Below, one piece after another: positions 1 to 12,228 of a stretch of 64,000 bases of DNA. The position numbers were made by a program, and so were the translations under genes. Every line of letters starts with the position of its first letter. Position 1 is the stretch's first letter. Below the pieces are notes generated by a model that saw only the letters and a program-made list of their open reading frames with translations, searched no databases and was not told where the DNA came from. Source of the DNA: Octopus sinensis. Lineage: Eukaryota. Location of the stretch: the NCBI RefSeq assembly GCF_006345805.1, contig NC_043003.1, positions 85,374,001 to 85,438,000 of the forward strand. The letters are read 5' to 3'.

Positions 1-1577
1 CATACATTTATATCTCTCATTATAACAATAATGATCTCGTCTGATGAAACACAATGTCCCAGATATAGAAAAAAAATATTCTGGAATATAACATTTATGT
101 TTTTGCTCAAAGTTATCGGCGGTGATATTGAAGTGAAATAACTTCAACATGCAATTAACATGAACCCTCGCCCCATTGGCCTGTACCATTCTTTAAAACG
201 ATAAAAGAAAATCAAACCAAATGCGAACTGGGATCTAGGTGGGTTTTCAACCTGTTAAAATAGAAACTAGGTCCCCCTCAAACTACTGTCTTCAAAAAAG
301 GAACAATAAAATGGATAACCTAGTTTTTGGTATATTATGCAAGGTAGTCACGGCCAGAATGCTTTTGATCATAAGTTGCTCGAACAAGGCTAACTTTGTT
401 CAGTGCTGTCAGTCCTGTCCGGACAAATCTCTTTGACACACTTTAACAACAATAGTAAAAAAAAATTACTTACATCGAAACAACTCCATGATGAAGGGGG
501 AAACAAATTTTAAGTTTTAAAAGGAACATTAGTATTGTTTCTATAATAGTTTACATGAACTTTTTCAGGTACTTTGAAATTGTATGGGAAAGTGAAGGAG
601 TAACCTCGGATTAGAAACTTGAATCGAATGCTTAAAACAGAGTAAACTCTACTAAAGTCACTCTTAGGTCAGGTGATGGAGTAAACCGTGGAACAGATAA
701 AGTCAATGATCCAAGACCAGAAAGGGTTGCGCGCCAATGGGTTCCCAACCGTTTCCATCGAGCAAATGTTACTTACAAAGCTTTAGTCAACCGGGGGCTG
801 GGGTAAAAAAATATTTACTCAAACTGCAGTGCAGTGAGATAGAACTAAAATCACGTAGTTACAAAGTGAGCTTCTTACTCATACATCTGTACCTACCCCA
901 TAGAATTTTAATGATTTCGGCCTAAAATTGACCCCACGATTCTGCCAATTTGCCGCCTTTCGGCGTGCTAACGTTTCTGCCAGCTCGCCACCTTAAGTAG
1001 TGGCAATATTGTAATGCTTTTTCGTTAGTTTGCACTGCTCTCCAATTATTTTACATTGGTTGCATGGAATACGGAAACATTCAGTTATGCTACAGATTTA
1101 TACAAGTTACTTGGTCGATGATTATTTGGAACAGATTATTTCAAGATTTTTGGATAGACGCTTTCTGACTTGAATAGATATTGTTGGGAACAGCTGATTA
1201 AACCACCCACAATAAGTAAAGGCAAAGTCGTCACCAACGGGAACTCAGTTCAAAACTAACGAGAAATCTTTAAAAACGCTATGTTACGGACAAGTAAACA
1301 CACCAACATCGGTTGTCAAGCAATGGTGGGTTGGGGACAAAAACAGACACACAAATACACACATACATATATTCGACAGGTTTCTTTCAGTTTCCGTCTG
1401 CCAAATCCACTCACGTGACTTTGGTGTGCCCGAGGATATAATAGAAGACACTCGCCCAAGGTGCCACGCAGTGAGACTGAACCCAGGACCATGTGGTTGA
1501 GAAGCAAGCTTCTTACCACACAGCAAACACTGAAGATATTGGGACGAAGAATAAACAAGTATAAATATATAGATATT

Positions 1578-1982
1578 TACTCTTTTACTCTTACTCTTTT
1601 ACTTGTTTCAGTCATTTGACTGCGGCCATGCTGGAGCACCGCCTTTAATCGAGCAACTCGACCCCGGGACTTATTCTTTTGTAAGCCCAGTACTTATTCT
1701 ATCGGTCTCTTTTGCAGAACCGCTAAGTAACGGGGACATAAACACACCAGCATCGGTTTTCAAGCAATGCTAGGGAGACAAACACAGACACACAAACACA
1801 CACACGCATATATATACATATATACGACGGCTTCTTTCAGTTTCCGTCTACCAAATCCACTCACAAGGCTTTGGTCGGCCCGAGGCTATAGTAGAAGACA
1901 CTTGCCCAAGGTGCCACGCAGTGGGACTGAACCCGGAACCATGTGGTTGGTAAACAAGCTACTTACCACACAACCACTCCTG
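1578..1982 (-). mobile_element. SINE family A (tRNA-like head, CORE-like body, TG/TA tract, AGAGTAAA tail), full length
   Basis: Near-identical to copies at 46668, 58363 and 63243; on the minus strand GGTTCAGTCC B-box-like, then CACCTTGGGCAAGTG (CORE-like by my recollection). A partial copy is adjacent at 1283-1524. Confidence 0.85.
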
Positions 1983-2231
1983 ATTGACTATTTATATATT
2001 AATAGATCAAACTTGCACATAGCACAAACGACAGAGAAAATTTAAAAACCAATTCTTGAAAAATTGCCTCCCTTATTCATTAATGATAGTGTCAAGTTCC
2101 TTTGTGTTGCACCTTCACTTTCGAATAACGAACGTTGAAATGCCAATATACTAATGCTTTAAATATTCTTCTTTACATGTTTTGTAAAATTAATTGTCTT
2201 TCTGCGCTCTCCTGATTTATTTTGACCATAG

Positions 2232-2339
2232 GCGTTTGCATTCATTGGTGCACTCAATTTTATGCGGATTGTGCTCGTGATACTTCCCTGGGCTACACGA
2301 ACAATATCAGAAGCAAAAGTTCGTTTAAAAAGAATGGAG
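2232..2339 (+). CDS. ABCC5: ABCC5-like exon 1 in window: last TMD1 helix
   Basis: catAG|GCG...ATGGAG|GTAAGC; AFAFIGALNFMRIVLVILPWATRTISEAKVRLKRME; 108 nt, phase 0-0. Confidence 0.88.
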
Positions 2340-2713
2340 GTAAGCTGACAAGTAAAAGATAACGGTTATAATAAACTAAATAAAGTATTGACAATTTTAT
2401 TCTCAGAGGACAATTCTTTATATATATATATAATGTAAGGTATATGATTTGAAATAAGAATTGAAGGTATTAATTTTGATAATTTGGAATAAGAATTGTA
2501 GGTATTAATTTTGATAATTTTAATATTTAGTCCTATATGTACCCATTGTGGATAATATCATTCAATGATGATTGAGTTGCCTGAGGGTGATTCTGTCTCT
2601 TAAACCTTTCTATATATATTGTATATAATACAGTGAGTAATTCATTTTAGTACCACTAAATTGAACTTCTCTCCCCTGTGGACTCGGAAATAACTTCCCT
2701 AATATTAATATTA

Positions 2714-2744
<31 letters not shown>

Positions 2745-3072
2745 TAGATAAACTTAGATGTGTTTCGACCAATGATTGGTCCAGGCCATGTCTAACTTAA
2801 TAGCACCACCTGATAGGATTATTTGAATCCTGTTTAAGTCAAGTTTTGCTTATGGTCCATTCAAGTAGTGAGTTTTTGTTGGGTGAGTTGTATCCAATTA
2901 TGGGTGGCTTATCTGGTATTCTTTGAAGGAATCTATCCAGACTCCGTTTAAAGTTGATGGGATCCTGTTCCTCTTTGATTTCTTTCGGGACAATGTTAAA
3001 TAGGGCAGGGCCTGTTGAGGAAAAGAAATTATGTTGTAGTGTATATGTATGCTGTGATCTTGAATTGATATA

Positions 3073-3105
<33 letters not shown>

Positions 3106-3123
3106 CATACTTTTTTCTTCAAG

Positions 3124-3301
3124 CAAATTTTGCTTATGGATGAATTCTCGCCGGATTACTGTGCAACTTCTTCGCCAATGAACGCCATTGAAATAAAAAA
3201 TGCCTCTTTTGACTGGGGACAAGTAGAAGATCCAAGAAAAGAAGAGGAGAAAAAGAAGGAGAAAAAGAAGAAGACGAAAGCAGCAGTTGAACCTCAGAGC
3301 T
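3124..3301 (+). CDS. ABCC5: ABCC5-like exon 2: TMD1-NBD1 linker and K/E-rich NBD1 insert
   Basis: ttcttcaAG|CAAATT; QILLMDEF...AIEIKNASFDWGQ...KEEEKKKEKKKK...PQS. The donor T|GTAACT is inferred because the next exon needs phase 1 and the frame stops 6 nt later. Confidence 0.72.
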
Positions 3302-3475
3302 GTAACTAAGAATTTTAATTCTACAATGGCATCGGTTTCGTTTCTTGATTTTCAATACAAAAACACACGCTGGCACACACAGTCACATATCTTTATCTAT
3401 CTATCTATCTTTATATTTATCTATACATTCATTCATACATACATACATACATACATACATGCATGCATTCGTGTG

Positions 3476-3526
<51 letters not shown>

Positions 3527-3927
3527 GTGTAGGCATGGACATATGCTTTACAAGCACGTGATTTCTAAATGCGTGACAGTTTAGAATAATGACTTCTATT
3601 GCAGTTCTGGGCTGACCAATGCCTTGTGAATGAATTTGATTGACAGAAATTGAGTGGAAGCCCGTAGCGTGCGCACACGTGTGTGTGCGCGCGCGCGTGT
3701 GTGTTTATATTTTCCGTAATTGATGTATTACTTATAAATAAGTACACGTGCGAACGTTCCATAAACATGCATTTAACCACATTCTGTGTAAAGTGACACA
3801 TCTTTGAGAGAGCAGATTACAACATTTATGAAAAATGCCATGAGTAACAGGCACCGATTTAACTCATTAGCATATCGGAACATTTGTTATATTAGTACAT
3901 AATTAGTTAACTGATTAATTACTTGAG

Positions 3928-4282
3928 AGGCGCAAGAGTGGTTGTGTGGTAAGTAGCTTGTTTACCAACCACATGGTTCTGGGTTCAGTCCCACTGCGTG
4001 GCACCTTGGGCAAGTGTCTTCTACTATAGCCTCGGGCCGACCAAAGCCTTGTGAGTGGATTTGGTAGACGGAAACTGAAAGAAGCCCGTCATATATATGT
4101 ATATATATATATATAAGCGTGTGTGTGTATGTGTGTATGTGTTTGTTTGTGTGTGTATGTGTGTCTGTGTTTGTACTGGGCTTACAAAAAGGATAAGTCC
4201 CGGGGTCGAGTTGCTCGATTAAAGGCGGTGCTCCAGCATGGCCACAGTCAAATGACTGAAACAAGTAAAAGAGTAAAAAGAG
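3928..4282 (+). mobile_element. SINE family A copy with internal deletion
   Basis: Head GTGTGGTAAGTAGCTTG...GGGTTCAGTCCCACTG and tail GACTGAAACAAGTAAAAGAG; lacks the CCCAACATCG...AGAATAAG segment. Confidence 0.85.
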
Positions 4283-4498
4283 TAGTAGTAGATTGGCAGA
4301 ATCTATAAGACAATAGACAAAGTGGTTTGTAGTATTATGTTGTGTAAAGTGAGCATTAACATTCTCAATGTAGCGAACATTTTAGCTAAAATTATATAAG
4401 GGTTGCTTTTGTGTCACACATTCCCATTATTCCCATCTGTAAATGCGTAATAGCATATCTAAGTAAGAAATCAGTATATCTTAATCTAATTAAATAAC

Positions 4499-4890
4499 GT
4501 GGAGGCGCAATGGCCCAGTGGTTAGGGCAGCGGACTCGCGGTCATAGGATCGCGGTTTCGATTCCCATACCGGGCGTTGTGAGTGTTTATTGAGCGAAAA
4601 CACCTAAAAGTTCCACGAGGCTCCGGCAGGGGATGGTGGTGATCCCTGCTGTACTCTTTCACCACAACTTTCTCTCACTCTTACTTCCTGTTTCTGTTGT
4701 ACCTGTATTTCAAAGGGCCGGCCTTGTCACTCTCTGTGTCACGCTGAATATCCCCGAGAACTACGTTAAGGGTACACGTGTCTGTGGAGTGCTCAGCCAC
4801 TTACACGTTAATTTCACGAGCAGGCTGTTCCGTTGATCGGATCAACCGGAACCCTCATCGTCGTAACCGACGGAGTGCTTCCATCCATCC
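4499..4890 (+). mobile_element. SINE family C: tRNA-derived head, (TCCA)n tail, perfect 11-bp target-site duplication
   Basis: A box TGGCCCAGTGG, B box GGTTTCGATTCC; AATTAAATAAC at both 4488-4498 and 4891-4901. Confidence 0.88.
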
Positions 4891-4952
4891 AATTAAATAA
4901 CATTTGTTATCGATATATACTGGGTTTTTTTTCGTTTTCCTGTTTTTCTTAG

Positions 4953-5056
4953 ATACTCGAACAGCTTCATTTCACATTGGGACTTCCTCCTCACTTGGAA
5001 ACGGTGTCTCAGCTCTTAATTATACTCTTAATGATATATCATTGAACGTAGAAAAG
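4953..5056 (+). CDS. ABCC5: ABCC5-like exon 3: start of NBD1 core
   Basis: tttttcttAG|AT...GAAAAG|GTAAGT; TRTASFHIGTSSSLGNGVSALNYTLNDISLNVEK. Confidence 0.88.
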
Positions 5057-5105
5057 GTAAGTTGCGTCTTCTATGCTTTCATTATTATATTTATTTTTAA
5101 TGCTG

Positions 5106-5600
5106 CCGGGGTCGACTTTGCCTTTCATCCTTTCGGGGTCGATTAAACAAGTACCAGTTACGCACTGGGGTCGACGTAATCGACTTAATCCCTTCCCCCA
5201 AATTTGAGGCCATGTGTTTCCAATAGAAAGAATTTTCATATTTATTAAGGTGGCGAGCTGGCAGAATCGTTAGCAAGCCGGGTGAAATGCGTAGCCGTAT
5301 TTCGTCTGCCGTTACGTTCTGAGTTCAAATTCCGTCGAGGTTGACTTTGCCTTTCATCTTTTCGGGTCGATAAATTAAATACTAGTTACGCACTGGGGTC
5401 GATGTAATCGACTTAATCCGTTTGTCTGTCCTTGTTTGTCCCCTCTGTGTTTAACCCCTTGTGGGTAGTAAAGAAATAGGTATTTCGTCTGTCGCTACGT
5501 TTTTGAGTTCAAATTCCGCCGAGGTCGACTTTGCCTTTCAGCCTTACTGAGGCCGATGTAATCGATTTAATCCTTTCCCCCAAATTTGAGGCCTTGTACT
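5106..5600 (+). mobile_element. SINE family B cluster (one full copy flanked by partial copies)
   Basis: GGCGAGCTGGCAGAATCGTTAGC A box, GAGTTCAAATTCC B box, then GTCGACTTTGCCTTTCATCCTTTCGGGGTCGAT repeated three times. Confidence 0.85.
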
Positions 5601-5613
5601 TCCAGTAGAAAGG

Positions 5614-5660
<47 letters not shown>

Positions 5661-5690
5661 TATTATTATTATTATATTATTATTATTATT
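5614..5690. repeat. (TAT)n microsatellite
   Basis: Direct reading. Confidence 0.95.
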
Positions 5691-5903
5691 AAAATGACGA
5701 GCTGGCCGAACCATTTACCCGCCGGACTCAATGCTCAGCGGCATTTCATCCATCTTTATGTTCTAAGTTCAAATTCCACCAAAGCCACCTTTGCCGTTCA
5801 TCCCTTCTGGATCTATAAAATAAGTATCAGCTGAACAATGGCATCAATGTAATCGACTGAACTCCTTACTGCTCCTTACCCCTAAAATTACTGGTCTTGC
5901 ACC

Positions 5904-6579
5904 ATGGTTTGGGATGCTGTAGGTCTGAATCAGAGAATTGGGCCCCATGTGTTCCAAAATGTTGGTGCAGGTAGAGAGAAGGGTATCACAGCGCAGAGCT
6001 ACGTTGACTAGATTCTAAGACCTCGCATCGTTCCCTTCTTCGTGCATCACCATAGCCACGTGTTCCAGCAGAACAATGTTCCCTCCCACATGGCCAGGGT
6101 CACCATGGACTTCCTGCGTCAGCACAACATCAGAACCATGCTATGGCCGGCTGTCAGCTCGGATGTGAACCCAATTGAACACCTGTGGGAGGAAATCCGG
6201 ATACGGCTGAATAAGGTGGTCCCAAGGCTGACAACTCATGTGGAACTGGAGGCAGCTTTCCTCAGGGTGTGGGCACAGTTGCCAATGGCTTTTATGAACC
6301 GCCTCATGCACTCCATGTACCGACAGTGTATGGCCGTTTTGAACACCCAGGGGGTGGGCATACACGGTATTGAACATGTCACACCCTACAATCGCGATGT
6401 TCTGGATCCGTCCACTATCAGAACAAATGACAACGACCCATAGACTGTGGTCAAAGGGCATCCAAGAAATTGACTTTATCAGATTTATCAAGATTTACTC
6501 CCCAAGATTTATTCCCGACATAATGAAATTAAAACATATTTCACAGTCACACGTCTCGCGTTTCTTTTGCGGTTCAGTG
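5904..6579 (+). mobile_element. 5'-truncated Tc1-family (DD34E) transposon
   Basis: MVW...; FQQNNVPSH and WPAVSSDVNPIEHLW in ORF 6042-6443; 3' terminus ...TTTCTTTTGCGGTTCAGTG followed by TA. Confidence 0.85.
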
Positions 6580-6956
6580 TATATATAATGTCCTTGTTAA
6601 AGACGTTCGAGTTGTCGGAATTTTTTCGGTTCTTCACACAGTCATATATACGAATACACAGCTCAGGTTATGTTGTGGGCGGATGTCAAAAATAATACAG
6701 TATCAACAAAAACATACTGTGGCATTCTCAGTTCAAATTGCACCCAGGTCAGCTATGCTTTTTGACCAGTTAAATAGTAGACAAAACAAACACAAATCAA
6801 GTCACAATAGTTGACTGAGTTACTAACATATTTGACTAACCTTTCGCCCTTGTTCTTTCAAGTTTGGTCAAAATGACTGATACTATTAAAAGAATTTTTT
6901 TCTCAAGTGTTTGGAAACCAGTTTGTTTATTAATTCTTTTTTTACATTTTATTCAG

Positions 6957-7028
6957 GGGAAAATAATTGGAATCTGCGGACCTGTTGGCAGTGGTAAAAG
7001 TTCCCTTCTGTCGGCCATTCTTGGTAGG
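6957..7028 (+). CDS. ABCC5: ABCC5-like exon 4: NBD1 Walker A
   Basis: attcAG|GGG...AGG|GTAAGT; GKIIGICGPVGSGKSSLLSAILGR; 72 nt. Confidence 0.95.
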
Positions 7029-7059
7029 GTAAGTAACCGATATTCATCATCATCATCAT

Positions 7060-7270
7060 CATCATTATAATCATCCTCGTTATCATCATCATCATCATTT
7101 AAAGTCAATGTTCTATGTTTGCATGGGTGGGACGGTTTGACAGAATCCGATGAACCCACGGATTGCATCGTGCTCCAGTTTGCTTTGGTGTAGTTTCTAC
7201 GGCTGGATATCCAAATGCCAGCCATTTTACAGCATGTTCAGAGTGCTTTTTCCATACCACCAGCACCAGT
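7060..7270 (-). mobile_element. RTE LINE 3'-UTR fragment with (GAT)n tail
   Basis: The reverse complement matches the RTE tail at 52070-52214 (CATCCAGC.GTAGAAA ... GTCAAACCGTCC ... GATGATGAT). Confidence 0.65.
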
Positions 7271-7624
7271 GAGTTCGCAGTCTTGAAGTTTACAATACCA
7301 CAAGCCTTCATGGGCAAATATTTATAATTCAATACATTATAATACAATTTATATTATCCTATAATATATTCAGTTCGAGAACTATATTTGCTTCATTTTC
7401 CACCCATCAACAGCAAAAAATCACTGATTCTGTTTGTTATCTCCATATATCCAGTACGTACGCGGGCATGATTGAATAGTTAAAAAGTGTTCCTGACAAT
7501 CATAAGGTTTTGGACCCGATACCGATATGTGACATCTTGAGCAAGTTCATTTACCATAGTCTCGAGTTGACCCAAGCTTTGTAAATGAGAATGGGTAGAA
7601 GGAAACTTTAAACTTATTGTGGCT

Positions 7625-7990
7625 TGGCTCTCCGTCGGTTACGACGACGAATGTTCCAGTTGATCCGATCAACGGAACAGACTGCTTGTGAAATTAACGT
7701 GCAAGTGGCTGAGCACTCCTCAGACATATGTAACTTTAACGTAGTTCTCAGAGAGATTCAGCGTGATACAATGCGACAAGGCCGGCCCCTTTGAATTACT
7801 GGCACAACTCAATTTTGCCAGCTGAGTGGACTGGAGCAATGTAAAATTTTGCCAGCTGAGTGGACTGGAGCAATATAAAATTTTGCCAGCTGAGTGGACT
7901 GGAGCAATGTAAAATTTTGTCAGCTGAGTGGACTGGAACGCAACGCACCATTAGGAACCGAACTAACGACTTTATAATCGTGGGTCGAAT
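7625..7990 (-). mobile_element. SINE family C-related copy carrying a 34-bp tandem array
   Basis: Shares the tail (CCGTCGGTTACGACGA...GATCCGATCAACGGAACAG) with 4499-4890. Confidence 0.75.
7811..7937. repeat. 34-bp tandem repeat, about 3.7 copies
   Basis: AATTTTGCCAGCTGAGTGGACTGGAGCAATGTAA at 7811, 7845 and 7879; partial copy at 7913; no spacers. Confidence 0.95.
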
Positions 7991-8467
7991 ACCCTATCCA
8001 CTAAGTCAAGTACCGTCACTGAATTGATTGTACTAGCAATTCGAAGGTCCAGCCTTGTCATACTGGTTTCATATATATATATATATATATATATAAAGAA
8101 GATAGAAATGGAGAAATATCGATGAACAACAATTGACTTACATCAATTATTATTTATTAATTTAATACAAATATATTGCATCCCATCTAACACCTGTTTC
8201 TGCTTCCAATATTGCATGGTTGTATGGTATTGCCATTGATATGTTAATATTTATCTTATTTGTTAATTAAACCGATCTGAAACATGGAGCTTCATCAGAG
8301 TGAAGAATAAATAAAGAAGACGAGTATAGAGAAGAAAAAGGGAAAAGTTGATTATGGTTGTAATCATACCATTTTGCTTGCGTATAAATGACTAAACTAA
8401 AAATAGCAGTTGGGGGATTAATCCTTTGTATTTTCTCGCTTTGATGGCATGCACTGCTTTCTAACTC

Positions 8468-8531
<64 letters not shown>

Positions 8532-8534
<3 letters not shown>

Positions 8535-9654
8535 CACCATCCAAAACCAGACGTCCACAGGCTCTATCTCCCACGAAAGGAAGGCGGTAGAGGCCTAATC
8601 CAGCTTGAAACGTCCTGTAAAACGACCACTATAGGATTTCAAGTGTACATGCAAAGTAACACCGACTGGATGATACAGCTGGTAAGGCAACATGAACAGA
8701 TTAAGAAACTGCACTCAATTTCAAAGGAGGCATATAAATATAAACGAGAGCTTAACCTACCTGATTATGATGACACACCACCCACTAAGGCGGCAAAAAA
8801 GTATAAAACAAAAGGCAAACAAGAAAGCTTGAAGAAAACATCAAGACTGGAAAGAAAAACCATTGCATGGGCAATACCCCAAACGAGCTGGCGAAGCTGA
8901 TGCAGATACAAGAAGAACCCATCAGTGGCTGCAGACTCTTAGTTTGAAAACCAAACCAGAAGGGCTCATCCTAGCAGCCCAAGACTAGAGTCTCCTCACC
9001 CGGAACTATCAAGCTAAAGTCACACTCAATGAGATAGACACAAACTTGAGAATATTGACCACATTGTCGTCGGTTGCTCAATCCTTGCCTTTACAGAATA
9101 TAAAACCAGGCATGATCGAGTTGGCCAATACTTACACTGGAACGTATGCCATTACTATGGTATTCCGTACCCCAAGAACTGATATGAACACCATCCAGAA
9201 CTAGACATGAGGGAGAGAATGTTACCATCTTACGGGATTATGGAATACAGACAGACGAATAAATGCTAACAGACCAGATATCGTCTTCAAAGACCTAAAA
9301 CAAAAAAACATGCCTGTTAATTGATATGACAGTACCAACTGATAGAAACATCTCAGCAAAAGAATTTAAAAAACTGTCGATATATAAGAACCTTGAGATT
9401 GAGATGTCTAGAACGTGGAAATTAAAAACTAAAACCGTCCCTGTTGTTGTAGGTACCATGGGAATGATCAAGAAAGGTACTGACAAATTTTCTGACTAGA
9501 GCCCTGAGAAACCAACAATCTATGAAACTCAAAAGTTGTGTTAACATAAACTGCCCACATTCTCAGGAAGTTTCTCTCCATCTAATATATATGTGCCATA
9601 AGTCACTGACTGAGACCCGGTCAGAAGACGAAATAAAATGCAATTCAATTGGAA
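8532..9654 (+). mobile_element. R4/Dong-type non-LTR retrotransposon 3' fragment (restriction-like endonuclease), degraded
   Basis: HPKPDVHRLYLPRKEGGRGL; HIVVGCSILA..YKTRHDRVGQYLHW; RPDIVF...LLIDMTVP; flanked by (AAT)n. Confidence 0.8.
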
Positions 9655-9708
<54 letters not shown>

Positions 9709-10141
9709 TTGATCGACATGAGCATCCGCTGTGATCATAATATCTCAGCGAAAGAGTTTGACAAGCTCAGAAAATATAAAGACCTACTCATTGAAATTGA
9801 GAAAATGTGGCATCTCAAGGCGGTTACAATACCAGTGATCGTAGGAGCACTAGGAATGATCAAGAAGGGAACCGAAAATTATATGAGAATGATCCCTGGC
9901 TTACCATCCCTGCAAGAAGTGCAAAAGATTGTCTTAACTGGTACATCACACGTATTGAGAAGAGCATTGTCGATGTGAGAACTGTTGCTGCTCATGTATT
10001 TTAATTTAACTTAAAAAAAAAAAAATGAACGAACTATTGAGTTTGGTTTAATGGCCTACCAATGTATACTATGAGTTTCTTTGCCCTAGGAGTCGGGAAG
10101 ACACTCGGCAAGAAATGGAAGCAAATTTGAAAGAAGAAAAA
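9709..10141 (+). mobile_element. Second R4/Dong-type 3' fragment
   Basis: LIDMSIRCDHNISAKEFDKLRKYKDLLIEIEKMWHLKAVTIPVIVGALG...SM*; (AAT)n on both sides. Confidence 0.78.
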
Positions 10142-11025
10142 AAAAATAATAATAATAATTCTAACTGGACTCCCACCTGCAAGATCATGCGCTGTTTATT
10201 TTGATATGAGATCACCATGTCGCGCACATATGGTTGTGATGCATGTGCCTGGTGTACCCTTATCAGACGACTAGTCATGATGGCTATACTGGGCTTCGTA
10301 TCTTTTACCCCAGGGCCACTTTGATGGTATGCACTGCTCTCTCACTCAATAATAATAATAATAATAATAATTTCTGCTATAGACACAAAGCCTGACATTT
10401 TGAGTGAGTGGCCTAATCGATTACATTGACCTCAAAGTTCAACTGGTGCCGATGTATTTTATCGACCGCGAAAGGCAAAGTCGATACCTGTGAGATTTGA
10501 ACTCAATGTAAAGGCGGAAGAAATACCACTAAGCATTTTGTCCTTCGTCAATAATAATAAAAGACATTACTAATTTTACTACTTATACATTAGATAGAAA
10601 TTGACTGTACTCAGCCAATAGATTATGCACACATCTTTCAGGAGCTGCACAAATATCTCTCGGAAATACAGTAATCATTGATTAATTCATTAGAGTTCTC
10701 TTCCAGATTCATGTTTAACAAGGCTATTGTTAACGAGTACACACGCAATTGTGTTTATACAAAACGAAAAAAATATCTAGTAAAAATATCTGATTATCGT
10801 TTGCTTAACGCTTCAGAAACCTCATGAACGCATTGTATTTCATGAAAAAGATAAAGACATGGATGTTGATTTAGAGCCTACATGTCTGGGATGTAGATTG
10901 CTATTAAGATTGTCGTTTTTCAGATTAATTAACCTCAACTTCAGACTAAATTTACAATACTTATATCTTCACTATGTTTTTCTATCAATTCTGTCTTCGA
11001 TCTTTATCAAGTGTCTGATACCTGG

Positions 11026-11102
11026 GTATGTATGTATGTATGTATGTATGTATGTATGTATGTATGTATGTATGTATGTATGTATGTATGTATGTATGTA
11101 TG

Positions 11103-11136
<34 letters not shown>

Positions 11137-11180
11137 TGTATGTATGTATGTATGTATGTATGTATGTATGTATGTATGTA
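11026..11180. repeat. (TATG)n microsatellite
   Basis: Direct reading; one TATA variant unit. Confidence 0.95.
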
Positions 11181-11319
11181 CATGTATGAATGCATGTTAT
11201 GTACGGATATGTTGTATGCATGTATCAATTATGTATCTATATATGATTATGTATGCATTCGTGTGTGCATAAATCCATGTATGCATATGGGAATACATCG
11301 ATGTACGTGTGTGTGTGAG

Positions 11320-11363
<44 letters not shown>

Positions 11364-12228
11364 ATTGCCTCCTAACTTCAAAACTACTTCTAGAATAAAC
11401 TATCATTTTTGTAGAATTAAAGATTCCTGGTTCGAAACTATGTAGACATACAAAAAGGTAAGGAGGTCTGTATTTAACCTCTTGATATGCCAAAAATAGT
11501 AGTCGAATTTTCTTGTATCACATTTTGCTGCTTTAAAAGGGGAAAGAGCACTATGTGATTGAATGATATCATCATTGATAAGACAATATAACACAATGGT
11601 CGAGCTTCGAATGCTTTTGATCCTAAGTCTGCTCAATCGTGACTGATCTACGGCTAAATTACAGCATGACCGTAACATTAATAACGATCAAAGATCAAAG
11701 TGATGCAAATGGCGTGTAGATATGAATCTATTCCAAGGTGATGAGCTTGCAGAATTGTTAGAGCGTGAAATAAATGTTTTGCAGGACTTGTTTCAGCTCT
11801 TCACATTCCGAGTTCAATTCCAACTGAGCTCAACTTTCCTTCCAGCCATACTGGGCGAGAGAAATAACGTGCCAGTTTAGTAGTGTGGTCGAAGGTATTA
11901 ATTAATACCGTACCTCAACTATAAATATATTGTTTGAAAAGGAAATTTATAATCCGGTAAATTAGTGCTAAAAAATTAAACCGCAATTCTTGTTTTGGTC
12001 ACTGGATTGCAGCTATTCTGAGGCACCGCCTTGAAGGGTTTTGAATCGAATAAATCAATCCCAGTAATTCTTTTTCTTTTCAAGTCTCGTACTTATTCTA
12101 TCGGTCTCTCTTGCGGAACGGCTAAGTTACGAGGGCATAAAGAAATCAAAACTGATTGTCAAACAGTGTGTGGTCAAAAATAGGCACGTACATAAATATA
12201 CATACATGTGTGTGTGTATACACTCACA

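Noticed and set aside
1-2231. An additional upstream ABCC5-like exon
   Set aside because: I found no segment with both splice signals and TMD1-like sequence; the preceding exon is probably upstream of the window.
3302-3309. In-frame TAA suggesting a pseudogene
   Set aside because: A phase-1 GT donor at 3302 precedes the stop and matches the phase of the next exon; the spliced frame is open and catalytic motifs are intact.
4504-4575. tRNA gene
   Set aside because: A and B boxes are present but there is no proper cloverleaf; it continues into a SINE body with a tail and target-site duplication.
7811-7937. CRISPR-like array of 34-bp repeats
   Set aside because: Repeats are contiguous with no spacers, lie inside a SINE in a eukaryotic intron, and no cas genes are present.
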